NCBI GenBank assembly: GCA_963817685.1
Contig: CAWFPN010000010.1
Coordinates: 2,852-66,851 of the forward strand
Direction of reading: 5' to 3'
From: an uncultured Verrucomicrobiae bacterium
Lineage (GTDB): Bacteria > Verrucomicrobiota > Verrucomicrobiia > Palsa-1439
DNA: 64,000 bases
Positions 1 through 9,900 of this stretch are shown piece by piece (positions within the stretch are counted from its first letter, which is position 1; each line of letters opens with the position of its first letter). Below the pieces are notes generated by a model. That model saw nothing but the letters and a program-made list of their open reading frames with translations, did not search any database and was not told the DNA's origin. The translations under genes were made by a program, and so were the position numbers.

Positions 1-1873
1 TCTTTTGCGCCTGGCGCAGCTGTTCCTCGAGTTGCTTGCGTTCGGTGATGTCACGCGCGATACCCAGCACACCCGTCACCTTGCCGTCCTCAACCTGAGG
101 TGTAACGGTGAATTCGCCCGTCACGTCGTGCCCGGCCTTGGAACGGATCCTTACTTCATAGGGCGGCGGGGTTTCACCTCGCAGCACGCGCTCCACCATT
201 TGCAGGGCCAAAGGCAAATCGTCTGGATGGACAAGAGGAGCGTAGGGTTTCGCGATCCACTCCGCGACCGGCCAGCCGGTGATTGCCTCAAAGGCGGGGT
301 TCAAAGATGTCACGGTCCCGTCCACCGACAACGTAAAAATTGCGTCGCGGGCCGTTTCGATCAGGCTTCGATAGCGTTGCTCGGACTGGCGCAACCCGTC
401 CTCCGCGAGCTTGCGTTCCGTGATGTCTTCGATGGTTCCGACAAAGCCGCAGAGCGTGCCGTCCTCCGCCAACATCCGGGAGGCCCGCCCCTGGATCCAG
501 CGAACGCCTCCTGGGGCGACCAACCGGCCCTCGGTCGAGTATTCGCCTTCTCCACGCACGAAGCAACGCCATTGACTGGCCACGCGCTCCCGGTCTTCCG
601 GATGCAGTGTTTTCAACCAACCTTCTCCCATGCATTCCGCCAGACTCAAGCCAAGGATGGCCCGATAGCGAGGATTGGCGTACGTCCGCCGCCCGTCAAC
701 ATCCGCCATGAAAACACCCAGGGGCGAACTGGTGCTTAAGGCCCGGAACAATCCCTCGCTTTCGCGCAACGACTGTTCGGTTTGTTTCTGCCGGGCGTCG
801 CGGCACTCCAGTGATTCGGCCATCTGGTCGAAGGCCTCCGCCAGTTGCTTCAGTTCGTCTGGACCGTTGGTGACGCCCGTGCGCGCGCTAAGATCACCGG
901 CACTGAGCTTCCGGGTAGCGTACAAGATGGGGTGGATGCGGCGGATCACAAAGATGCCGGCCGCAGCCTTCGCAATCAGGAGCACCAGCAGGGCCGCGGC
1001 CGCGAGCAATTCAAACGTGTGCGCTAGGGTGTGGTCAGCTTGCGCAAAAACCACCGAGGTAGGAACTCCCACACAGACGACGCCGCTGGCCGCTTCCTCG
1101 TGACCGGTCAATGGAATAAACGCGTACAGGCGGCGGATACCGTCGTTGCCCAGCGACTCTGTTGTTCCACCCCTGTCGTGTGTCAGGGCGGCTTCGATCA
1201 GGGATTTGTCCTCCGCCTCGTGTCCCACCCATTTCTGAGGGTCGGGCTGGCGTGCGACGACGATGCCCCGGCGATCCACGACCGTGAGTGACGAGCCGGG
1301 AGGGAGATTGCCTTCGGCCACCAGTTGATTCAACCAGGACAGCTCCAACGCGGCAAACACCACGCACTGGATGTCTCCCGTCTCGCCAAATACAGGGTAC
1401 CCGCAGTTGACCGAGGATTGTCCGGAAATGGAACCAATCTGATAATCGCCAACCGCAAAATCCCGCGTGGCCACCGCGTGCTGAAACCACCCACGGCCGG
1501 ACGCTGATACCGGCGCTTTCATCGGCAGGGCGCTGCAGACAACTGTCCCGTCGGGCCTTACAACACCAAAATTGGCATATCGGGGGTCTTGTTTGAGCAA
1601 CGCGCCAAGCAGCGCGCGGCACGCATCAGCATCCAGATTGCGAAACTCGGGGAAGCGAGCGAGAGTCACCAGAAGTTGGCGTGTGTCCTCGATGGAGCGT
1701 TCGTACTTGTCGGCGGCGGTGCGCGCAAGTCGGACGGTGTCTTGCAGGGCATTTGCCTGGGCCATCCATCGTTGCTGAAAGCCGGTGTATAAGGCAAATC
1801 CAAACGATGGGATGATGCTGAGGAGCACCAACAGCATCAACCTAGATCGAACGCTGGGGAGAAATCGGCCCAT
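1..1873 (-). CDS. Membrane sensor protein, N-terminal part (TM, periplasmic Cache-like domain, TM, HAMP, 2x PAS); the 3' end runs off the left edge, so it is absent from the ORF track
   Basis: Own minus-strand translation from the ATG at complement 1871-1873: MGRFLPSVRSRLMLLVLLSIIPSFGFALYTG. HAMP-like segment PILYATRKLSAGDLSARTGVTNGPDELKQLAEAFDQMAESL. PAS ends GTIEDITERKLAEDGL and GIARDITERKQLEEQLRQAQK. The frame stays open to position 2. Listed ORFs 5..739(+) and 1035..1622(-) are shadow frames. Confidence 0.8.
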   Translation of the reverse strand, partial: MGRFLPSVRSRLMLLVLLSIIPSFGFALYTGFQQRWMAQANALQDTVRLARTAADKYERSIEDTRQLLVTLARFPEFRNLDADACRALLGALLKQDPRYANFGVVRPDGTVVCSALPMKAPVSASGRGWFQHAVATRDFAVGDYQIGSISGQSSVNCGYPVFGETGDIQCVVFAALELSWLNQLVAEGNLPPGSSLTVVDRRGIVVARQPDPQKWVGHEAEDKSLIEAALTHDRGGTTESLGNDGIRRLYAFIPLTGHEEAASGVVCVGVPTSVVFAQADHTLAHTFELLAAAALLVLLIAKAAAGIFVIRRIHPILYATRKLSAGDLSARTGVTNGPDELKQLAEAFDQMAESLECRDARQKQTEQSLRESEGLFRALSTSSPLGVFMADVDGRRTYANPRYRAILGLSLAECMGEGWLKTLHPEDRERVASQWRCFVRGEGEYSTEGRLVAPGGVRWIQGRASRMLAEDGTLCGFVGTIEDITERKLAEDGLRQSEQRYRSLIETARDAIFTLSVDGTVTSLNPAFEAITGWPVAEWIAKPYAPLVHPDDLPLALQMVERVLRGETPPPYEVRIRSKAGHDVTGEFTVTPQVEDGKVTGVLGIARDITERKQLEEQLRQAQK

Positions 1874-2151
1874 AAATCGCAGTCTTGTATCTTCCAGAGC
1901 TAACTTTCGTGTTCAAAAGATGTTATGGTTTTCATCGTTTTGATTGCGTTTTTTTCAACGTACACCCATGCGTTCATTCTGATGCAACTAGCGTGCCTAT
2001 GGGCACCTATGATTGCCAAGCTGTTATTCTCCTTGCCAAGACATGACCACCTTGATGGGTAAAGACCAGCCACTCAAAGTCTTCCGCCAGGCAAACAGTC
2101 CGGGTATTCTCTCCTTGCGCCGCTGCCTGGGTGCACTAGAATCCCATCGCT

Positions 2152-2703
2152 GTGGGAACCACCTTGCATCATCAGGCCGTATTCCTCGATCGTGACGGGA
2201 CGATTATGGAAGACGCTAATTACGTGGGAGACGTTGAACGAGTGATCCTGATCCCTGGGGCCAAGCCAGCGCTGAGGCGCCTGCGCGACGCGGGTTATCG
2301 GTTGTTCGTTGTGACGAACCAGTCCGGTGTGGGACGCGGCTATTTCACTCGCGAGGCTGTGGAACACATCCACGCGCATCTCGATGACCAGTTTGGCGCC
2401 GCGGGGGTCACGTTCGACCGCTATTACGTCTGCCCGCATCATCCCGAGGACAATTGCGACTGTCGCAAGCCAAAACCGAAATTCCTCCTGGACGCTGCGG
2501 ACGAATTCGGGTTGGACCTGACGCGCTGCTTTATGGTGGGCGACCGCACCAGCGACATCCAGGCGGGTATCAATGCGGGAACGAAGACCATTCTCGTACT
2601 CACCGGTGTCGGCAAGGAAACTCTGGCCAAAGGCGAAGCAAAGCCCGACTACGCCGCCAAGGACATCAGCGAAGCGGCCGACTGGATCCTGCGCCAATCA
2701 TGA
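2152..2703 (+). CDS. gmhB: D-glycero-D-manno-heptose 1,7-bisphosphate phosphatase (HAD family, GmhB-type)
   Basis: HAD motif I FLDRDGT, VVTNQSGVGRGYF, Zn-loop CPHHPEDNCDCRKPKP, and MVGDRTSDIQAG. Confidence 0.8.
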   Translation: MGTTLHHQAVFLDRDGTIMEDANYVGDVERVILIPGAKPALRRLRDAGYRLFVVTNQSGVGRGYFTREAVEHIHAHLDDQFGAAGVTFDRYYVCPHHPEDNCDCRKPKPKFLLDAADEFGLDLTRCFMVGDRTSDIQAGINAGTKTILVLTGVGKETLAKGEAKPDYAAKDISEAADWILRQS

Positions 2704-3341
2704 AGAGGATGGTGTTTGCCGCAGCCGCCCTGGCTCTGCTTTCCGGCGCTTTCGCGGCAGGGCAAACAAATGCGCCAGCGCCGGCATCCACGAACACGGT
2801 TGTCCGGGACGCAGGCGGACGCCTGTTCAAGCGAACATTCGCCGACTATACAGTCATGTTGTTCGCCCCGGCCGGTGAACTGTGGCGCGCGTCGTGGAAC
2901 GACACCGCCCAGACGGCCGTTCTGGAGGAACCAACCCAACGCGTGGTGATCACCACCCAGTACCTGAAGTTCCCGCTCGACCTGACGCTGAAGGAATCCT
3001 CCGGTCATCGCGATGCGTTTCTGGACAATGCCCTGCGAAAGTATTGCGCGATTCAACTGGCCCGAAGCGGTGACCCGGCCATCATTTCGCAGCCCATCCA
3101 CATCCAAAGTCGTCCGCTCGGCAGCCACTATTACCGCTACTGCCAGGTAACGGGCCGGGACAAGAAAGGGCCGCGCCGCGGGCTTTTCTGCATGGCGCTA
3201 CGAGGGCCGGCGGACAACCCGGAATTTACGGGCGACACACTGGTCCTCACCGTGGGGTTCCCCGATTCAATCCCACCCAACGAAGAGCAGCGCGCCCTCA
3301 AGATATTCGACATCGTCCTGCAGAACATCAGTTTCTATTAG
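2700..3341 (+). CDS. Hypothetical secreted protein
   Basis: Internal ATG at 2700 overlaps the gmhB stop (ATGA). Signal peptide MKRMVFAAAALALLSGAFAAGQ. The longer listed ORF 2454..3341 is an upstream extension through gmhB. Confidence 0.6.
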   Translation: MKRMVFAAAALALLSGAFAAGQTNAPAPASTNTVVRDAGGRLFKRTFADYTVMLFAPAGELWRASWNDTAQTAVLEEPTQRVVITTQYLKFPLDLTLKESSGHRDAFLDNALRKYCAIQLARSGDPAIISQPIHIQSRPLGSHYYRYCQVTGRDKKGPRRGLFCMALRGPADNPEFTGDTLVLTVGFPDSIPPNEEQRALKIFDIVLQNISFY

Positions 3342-3408
3342 AGGCCGTCGCGTTTCCCATTGAATTTCCGCGTCGATTGCAGGATGGTACGCCTGTGGAG
3401 CGCCCGAT

Positions 3409-4275
3409 GTGAGCATGTTACGGGAAACCGATCGTGTCGCCCTGGTGAAGCTGCTGTCGGATGACGACGCAACCGTCTTGCGACTGCTGGAGGAAACATT
3501 TGTGGAAATGGGGCCGGACGGCCGCCATTTCCTGCAGTCGGTCATGCAAGAGGCCGATCCTGGCGCCCGCCGGGGGGCAAAGCAACTGTTGGCGGCCCTG
3601 TTGGAACGTGAAAGCTACGAGGTGTTCGCCCGTTTCTGCGCCACGTGCCACAGCCGTTTCGATCTCGAGCCGGGCTGCTGGCTTCTGGCCAGGACCCGTT
3701 ACCCTGAGATGAACGAAGCCCCCTATCACGCGCGCCTCGACGAAATGGCCCATGAGCTGAAGGAGCGTCTGACGGGCCGCGAATCACCCCGGGCAACGAT
3801 CGAGGTGTGCAATCGTTACTTTTTCCGCAAACTGGGTTTTCGGGGTAACGATGATGATTACTATGATCCCGATAATTCCTACTTGAACCGGGTGCTGGAT
3901 CGGCGGCTGGGAATTCCAATCTCCTTATCGGTTCTGTATTTGCTGGTCGGCTGGCGGCTGGGGCTGCCGTTGCAGGGGATCAACCTGCCTGGCCAATTCC
4001 TGCTGAAATGGGGGTCCGGCCAGGCGCCGTTTTTCATCGACCCGTTCAACGAGGGCCAATTGCTGGAGGAGGAAGACTGCCAGGAGCTTTGCGAACACCT
4101 GGGCTACGGATTCACCGCGGCGTACCTGATCGAAGCCACCCCCCGCCAGATCCTCTTGCGGATGTGCGGCAACCTCCGAGCGATTTATCTCGAGAGCGAT
4201 CCAGGCCGGTCCGGGCATCTGGACCGGTTCATCGCCCTGCTGGCGAACGCGCCGGATCAGACCACCCATTCATAG
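3409..4275 (+). CDS. SirB1/YchA-like transglutaminase-fold plus TPR protein
   Basis: DYYDPDNSYLNRVLDRRLGIPISLSVLYLLVGWRLGLPLQGINLPGQFLLKW matches the Transglut_core2/SirB1 N-terminal signature as I recall it. Confidence 0.65.
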   Translation: MSMLRETDRVALVKLLSDDDATVLRLLEETFVEMGPDGRHFLQSVMQEADPGARRGAKQLLAALLERESYEVFARFCATCHSRFDLEPGCWLLARTRYPEMNEAPYHARLDEMAHELKERLTGRESPRATIEVCNRYFFRKLGFRGNDDDYYDPDNSYLNRVLDRRLGIPISLSVLYLLVGWRLGLPLQGINLPGQFLLKWGSGQAPFFIDPFNEGQLLEEEDCQELCEHLGYGFTAAYLIEATPRQILLRMCGNLRAIYLESDPGRSGHLDRFIALLANAPDQTTHS

Positions 4276-4685
4276 CGAAAACGCCAGCAACTGAGCTGGA
4301 CCTCATCACCGTTACGGAGATTGACCCATTCGAATGGCGGGTGCGGTTGTCCGTTGATAGAGACCGGGCATTGCTTCATCGCACGAAAATCGCTGCTCTC
4401 GGGGAACTGGTGATTGAGGTAGAACCGTGCATGCTCGCGCCGGATCGTCTGCTGTTCGTCGACCAGCACCAGATCGGCCCACGCCGGCTCGCTGCCGACG
4501 ATGACGCGGGTCACATCCCGACGCCGCCAGCGTTCGGGATGGCGCAGCTCCAACTCCAGGCAATCGCCCACGGCTGGTGTTGGCGGCTCCAACAGTTGGT
4601 TGGCCGCAACCGCGTCATCCGCCTTGCCTAAAAATAAAAGCCACGCGCGCACGGTAAGGGGACTTAACCTCGCTCCGACTGCCAT
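4257..4685 (-). CDS. FHA domain protein
   Basis: VIVGSEPAWADLVLVDEQQTIRREHARF...INGQP...LRNGDEVQL is an FHA-type pattern. The start is uncertain. Confidence 0.55.
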   Translation of the reverse strand: MAVGARLSPLTVRAWLLFLGKADDAVAANQLLEPPTPAVGDCLELELRHPERWRRRDVTRVIVGSEPAWADLVLVDEQQTIRREHARFYLNHQFPESSDFRAMKQCPVSINGQPHPPFEWVNLRNGDEVQLSCWRFRYEWVV

Positions 4686-4729
4686 CCCGGCACGCTGCAG
4701 GACGCGCTTTGCCCAACAACCCCCTGGTC

Positions 4730-6898
4730 CTAGGGGCTGGTGACGTGCAGTTGCAGTTGGCCAACGGAGCCATCGGCTGATTCGGCCAGGATGTAAAAGT
4801 TGTTGATACCATCGGTGGTAAACACCGACTGAGATTGGTTGATGTAGGGTAAATTCAGGGTCTCGCAGTCAATCTCATTCAGGCCGTCGCACGTGCCCGA
4901 CCACACCGAAAGCACCGTTTGAAGATTGCTTCCAATCGTGTTCACGGTGAATTGCCGCCCGGCCTGTCCAAGGTCCGGGGTAATCACCCACATCGCGCCC
5001 GCCGTGCTAAAACCGCCTCCGCCGCTAACGCTGTTGGTGCTGAATGGCCCGCAGGTCGGCGTCGGCAGGACATGGGTGATGTTGGTGATGATTGTCGTGG
5101 TGATGATCGTGTTGGTAAACGCGTCGCAGATCGTGATGCTGCCGCCATTGGGCGTGCTGCAGACAAACGAAATGCCAATATTGGTCTGCGTGCCGGTGCT
5201 GAAGTTGGTGAGCGGATTGCTGATGAAATTCTGCAGCCCGATCGACTCGGCATATCTGGCCGGGGCAAACGGATTGCCCGTCGGGTTCGAGAACGCAATC
5301 GCTTCCGCCGTGTTACAGCTGGTGTTGAGCCCCGGACAACTGATCTCGGTGGTCGGGTCACGCGAGATGGTGCGCAGCACCGCGGCGTTGGTGGGCGAGC
5401 ATTCGGCCATGACAGGGCCGTTGGTGAGGAAGTTGGCCGCGACACCCCCCTGGTTGAATTTCCGCAGCAACAGGGTCATGCTTGCGCAAGCAACGGGATC
5501 CACCCCTAATTCGATTTGTTCCGCCTGTTGGAGCAGGTTGGCCGGGAAGTTGGTGGTGACCTTGCCAATCTTGTACGAGCAGTCGGCCGGGTCCGTGCCC
5601 AACAGCCTGACGTTGGCTGTCGCCGCGATCAACTCCACCGCCAGCAGTTTGCGTTGCCGGCAGAGCTTTGAACCATTCAGCTTTTCGCTCTGGGTGCCGC
5701 TGGATTCCCCGGTGTATCCGGTGCTTCGATAGTAGAAACCAAGCGCCTCCACCAGGGCATCGTTCGCGCCCTTAAAGTTGTTGGCGGTTTCATAGGAAAC
5801 GGGCAGGCGCAAGAACCCAAGGCTGACCCCGCCAATGTTGGCTTGCAGCGCCCTCAGCAGGGTCACGCAGTTAGGGTCGGGGCTGAACGCATGTGTGAAC
5901 CAGAACCGCGCGTTGCGGGTGATGCACTGCCCGCTGGCTGGCGTGGTCGCCGCTGTGATTTCGCCCATGACGACGAGCCCGCCGACGGAGTTCGTGAGCC
6001 CGTTCACAGTCCCGCCTGCATTGAAGTGCGTCAGAATGTGGCCACTGTCGATGTTAAACTTATAAACGTCTCCCGAAACAAGGTCGGCGCTCCAAAAATT
6101 CGTCCCGTCCGGGTCAAGGTTCAAGGCAAAGAAATTACCCTCGTTCGTGACGGTGTACGTCTGGATCAGCGTCCCTGTGTCGTCCAGACGGGCGATTTGG
6201 CTGCTGTCCGCCACCAGGGTGTCCCCGTTGGCCAGAAGACGGTGGGCGTAGGCAGCGGCCCCCACCAAGGGGGTCGAATTGAAATCGGGTAGTTGAGTGC
6301 CTGTACACACATTGAAGACTTTGACGTGCGTGCCTTCGGACGTGTAGTACAAGGTGCACTGGTCCGCCCCCAGATCAACCCAGTCCGTACCCCTGCTTTC
6401 CCTGTCGGCAAAAAATTTCCCGGCCGCGTTTCCCAAGGAATCGAACTTCAGAATGGGAGTGCTGTTGGGAGCGCCGTTGTTGGGCGCATCATTAAAGCTG
6501 GCTTGTCCCACATAGGCGTTGGTTTGGGCATCAAAACAGATCGATTCCGGTTCGGCTGCGTAGCCGGAACCAAAGAGGCCGATAAACACGCCCCTGTTGT
6601 TAAATCTGGCCACGGCCTGGCTGTCGAACAGCGTCACATACAAGTTAGTGGATGGATCAAATGCCATGCCGGTGGTGAACAGATTGCTCTTGCCCAAGGC
6701 CGAAAAGGGAACCGTCAGCGTATTCACAAACGTGCCGTCCCCGTGTCGCCATTGCACCGATCCATTGCCCACGGCCACGAAAACATCGCCGCGGGAAAAC
6801 ACCTGTGCCAGCGCGCCTTGTTGGGCGGCCATGACAGACGCCAGGACGGCGATCAACGCCACCAATCCACGAAGCTTAAAAACTCTGTTCATTTTCAT
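4730..6898 (-). CDS. Secreted beta-propeller-like protein with a Cys-rich middle region and a C-terminal PPC-like module
   Basis: Signal peptide MKMNRVFKLRGLVALIAVLASVMAAQQGALA. The C-terminal FTVNTIGSNLQTVLSVWSGTCDG...FYILAESADGSVGQLQLHV is shared with the adjacent S8 protease. It lies 27 bp downstream of that gene on the same strand. Confidence 0.7.
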   Translation of the reverse strand: MKMNRVFKLRGLVALIAVLASVMAAQQGALAQVFSRGDVFVAVGNGSVQWRHGDGTFVNTLTVPFSALGKSNLFTTGMAFDPSTNLYVTLFDSQAVARFNNRGVFIGLFGSGYAAEPESICFDAQTNAYVGQASFNDAPNNGAPNSTPILKFDSLGNAAGKFFADRESRGTDWVDLGADQCTLYYTSEGTHVKVFNVCTGTQLPDFNSTPLVGAAAYAHRLLANGDTLVADSSQIARLDDTGTLIQTYTVTNEGNFFALNLDPDGTNFWSADLVSGDVYKFNIDSGHILTHFNAGGTVNGLTNSVGGLVVMGEITAATTPASGQCITRNARFWFTHAFSPDPNCVTLLRALQANIGGVSLGFLRLPVSYETANNFKGANDALVEALGFYYRSTGYTGESSGTQSEKLNGSKLCRQRKLLAVELIAATANVRLLGTDPADCSYKIGKVTTNFPANLLQQAEQIELGVDPVACASMTLLLRKFNQGGVAANFLTNGPVMAECSPTNAAVLRTISRDPTTEISCPGLNTSCNTAEAIAFSNPTGNPFAPARYAESIGLQNFISNPLTNFSTGTQTNIGISFVCSTPNGGSITICDAFTNTIITTTIITNITHVLPTPTCGPFSTNSVSGGGGFSTAGAMWVITPDLGQAGRQFTVNTIGSNLQTVLSVWSGTCDGLNEIDCETLNLPYINQSQSVFTTDGINNFYILAESADGSVGQLQLHVTSP

Positions 6899-6925
6899 AG
6901 GACACAGTCCTCTTCCATCCCCGGA

Positions 6926-9900
6926 TTACTTGACAACCACAACCGCCTGCACCTGATCAGATCTGGTGGGAACCTCGCTCACAGTCGTCGCCGTGATCAC
7001 CACGGAGTTGGTCCCCTTGGGAGCTTTCTTGCCAATGTCGATCTCCACCCGCAACATCGTCGGGTCACTCGTATAGGCACCCGGTTCCAGAGTGGCCGTT
7101 GTCAGCGTCTGCGATTCCACCATGCTCGTGACTTCCGTGCTTTCGCTTGGCTTCGCCCCCAGGAAGTATCGCGCCGTGGTGTTGGTGGAACTAAAGCTTT
7201 CGACAACCCCGAGGTCGAAGTAAGCGGGGTTGTTCCCGAGATTCTGGAACATCACGTAAAAGACGTGCTTCGAGCCGCGACCACCCGTCAAGATCACGGT
7301 CTGCTTGCTCAGAGCGTTGGTCGGACTCAGAATGTTGCGGCCAACAAACTGTTTCAGGTTCAAGCTCTTGCTGATCGAAACATCCGGCTGGCTGCCCGCT
7401 CCGGTCCCCGTCAGCGAGACAATCAATGGGTTGTTCGGGCTATTGTTGGAAATGACGAGGCTGGCCGATTCATTTGTTGCGTTAATCGGAGCGTAACGAA
7501 CGGGAATGGTGCACACCCCATTGATTGAGAGGCTGGCTCCGTTGCAGAGATTACTTACAATGAACTCACCGGCATTGGGCCCCGTCACCGTAATGTTGGA
7601 AATGACCAGCGATGCAGTGCCGCAGTTGGTGATCGTTATGTCCTGCTCCGGACTTACTGTGCTGACCGGCTGGTTTCCAAAACCGACACCGGCGGCGCTC
7701 GCGCAAATCCCCGGCGTCGGCTGCATGCCGTTGCCGCTGAGCGGAATGTTCAGGGGGCCAAAGGTCGCATTATTCGTGAGAAGCAACGTGGTGCTGCGCG
7801 ATCCAACAGCCGTGGGGGTAAAGGTGACGTTGAATGAACACGTGCTGCCGGCAGCAATGCTGCTGCAGGAGGCAACGGAACTGGTCGCATAATCATTCGT
7901 AGCCCCCCCCGTAATCCCAACACCGGTGATCGACAAGGCGACGGAACCGCAGTTGGTCACCGTAATGGTTTGAGAGACATTCGTTCCGATCTGTTGGGTG
8001 CCGAAGTCCAGACCGGTGGAACTGAGGCAAACCAACGGCGCCGACGGCAACCCAACTCCGATCAGCCGCGCGATGCGGGGACTGCCGGTCGCGTCGTCGT
8101 AGACCTCGAGTTCGGCCGTCCGGGTCCCGTTGGTGGTCGGAGCAAACGCCACGCTGATGGTGCAATTTGAACCTGGCGGAACCGTGCTGTCCTGGCAGGT
8201 CTGGGACTGGATGACGAAATCCGCGGCGTTCGTTCCCGTGATGACAACGGTGGAAATCCCCACGTTGACAGTCGTGCCGTCCAAGTAGGTCACAATCTGC
8301 GCGGGGCTGGTGGTGCCCGCTACCTGGTTCGGGAACACTACCGGGCTCGGCGACAGGGAGATCGCCGTGGTCGTGGCGTTGACGTTCAACTGCATCGGGC
8401 CTCCGGTACCGCCATTGTGCGGCTCCACAACGATGAAATAATCATTGGACCCATCGGCTGTGAAGCTCACGAAGGACGGGGAAGTGCCGCCATTGTTGGA
8501 GGCCACTTCAATGAGCGCTCCGCATTCACCCCGGACGAACACCGTCTGGGGCAGGACCTGGACTTTCCAAACAGACAGCACCGTGTCGAACGCGCTGCCG
8601 GTCGTGTCGATGTTAAACGTCGTGCCGGGCGTCGGCAGCGGAAGCTTGAAGAACTCGTCCGAACCGCCCTGGGCGGCCGACGGGCTGGGCTGGACGTTGG
8701 CGTAGACGCTCGTGTCCAGGATGTTGGTGAACGTGTATGGGAAATTCGTGACGGACAAGGCCGTCGAACACGCGTTGTTCGTGGCCATGTTCGGCACATC
8801 GGTGGGGCTCTCGCTGTTGTAGATCACCAGGGCGAAATCCTGGCCGAGGCTGGTGCCTTTGATGTTCGGCACACCGTTGCCCCCGATATTGGCGGCGCGC
8901 ACGATGACCTTGTAAGGCGTGCCGGCAACCGGGTCGACAAACACATTCGGCACGAAGACACTTTCCATGTTGTTGACGCTGTCAAACGTGCCGCCCGGAA
9001 CGGATTGGCTTCCCACAAACCAGTTGCCCTTATAGGTCTGCCCAGCGACGGTGACTTCCAGATCCAAATCATTGACCAATTCCTTCTGGGCCGCCGGGGT
9101 GCCGGGTGCATCGGTCCAGGCCAGTGTCACGCGAAACGGCAACCCATTGCTCATGACAAAACCGCTCACTTCGTAACTCTGACCCGATTGGCTGAAGTAG
9201 GTCTGTTGCGGGGCCGGATTGGTGGTCACCAGGGGCACATCGATCGCGCGCGGCGTGGATTCATCACGAATCGTACGCGGAATCCCGTCGAACATCCGTT
9301 GCAAATCCATCTCGCCCATTCCCTGCGCAATGGAGGGCAACGTGTCCATCGTGCCGGTCGTCGGGTCCTGGAACGGCAGGTAACGAGCCGAATTGCACAG
9401 GTAGGCCTTGGCCATCGCCGGACTGGGCTGGAGCAGCGCCTGGCCCAGTTCATTCGTCAATCGATTCTGGAAATACCACCAGAGAAGCTGAATGCCGCCG
9501 GCCACGGCGGGCGCCGCAAAACTGGTGCCAGAATCGCAACCGAGCGGGGGATCGAGGAAGCTCGAGCTGGACCCGTTCGGATCGTTGCATGTTTGTTCCC
9601 CGCTGACCGGCTCGATGGTGCAGTCGGATTCCTTGATTCCCAGCCTCAATCCCGTGAGCGCGCCATAGACAGAACTGCCTGGCGCGACGATCTCCGGCTT
9701 GAACCGCCCGTCCAACGTGGGGCCAACACCTGAAAACGACGCGACCTGGTAGGAGTCCGCCTGGTCCGAATTAGCCGCGCAACCGCTGCCGTCGACCCGG
9801 ACGTTGTCGGATGCGCCCACCGTGATGACGTTCTTGGCCGTCGCGGGAGCCGTCACTCGAATGTCCCCAAATCCGCCAACATTGCCCGAGGCTCCTTGAC

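Noticed and set aside
5-739. 244-aa plus-strand ORF at the left edge, together with 1035..1622(-)
   Set aside because: The reverse complement in another frame gives a continuous TM/HAMP/PAS sensor with textbook motifs, so these are shadow or wrong-frame ORFs.
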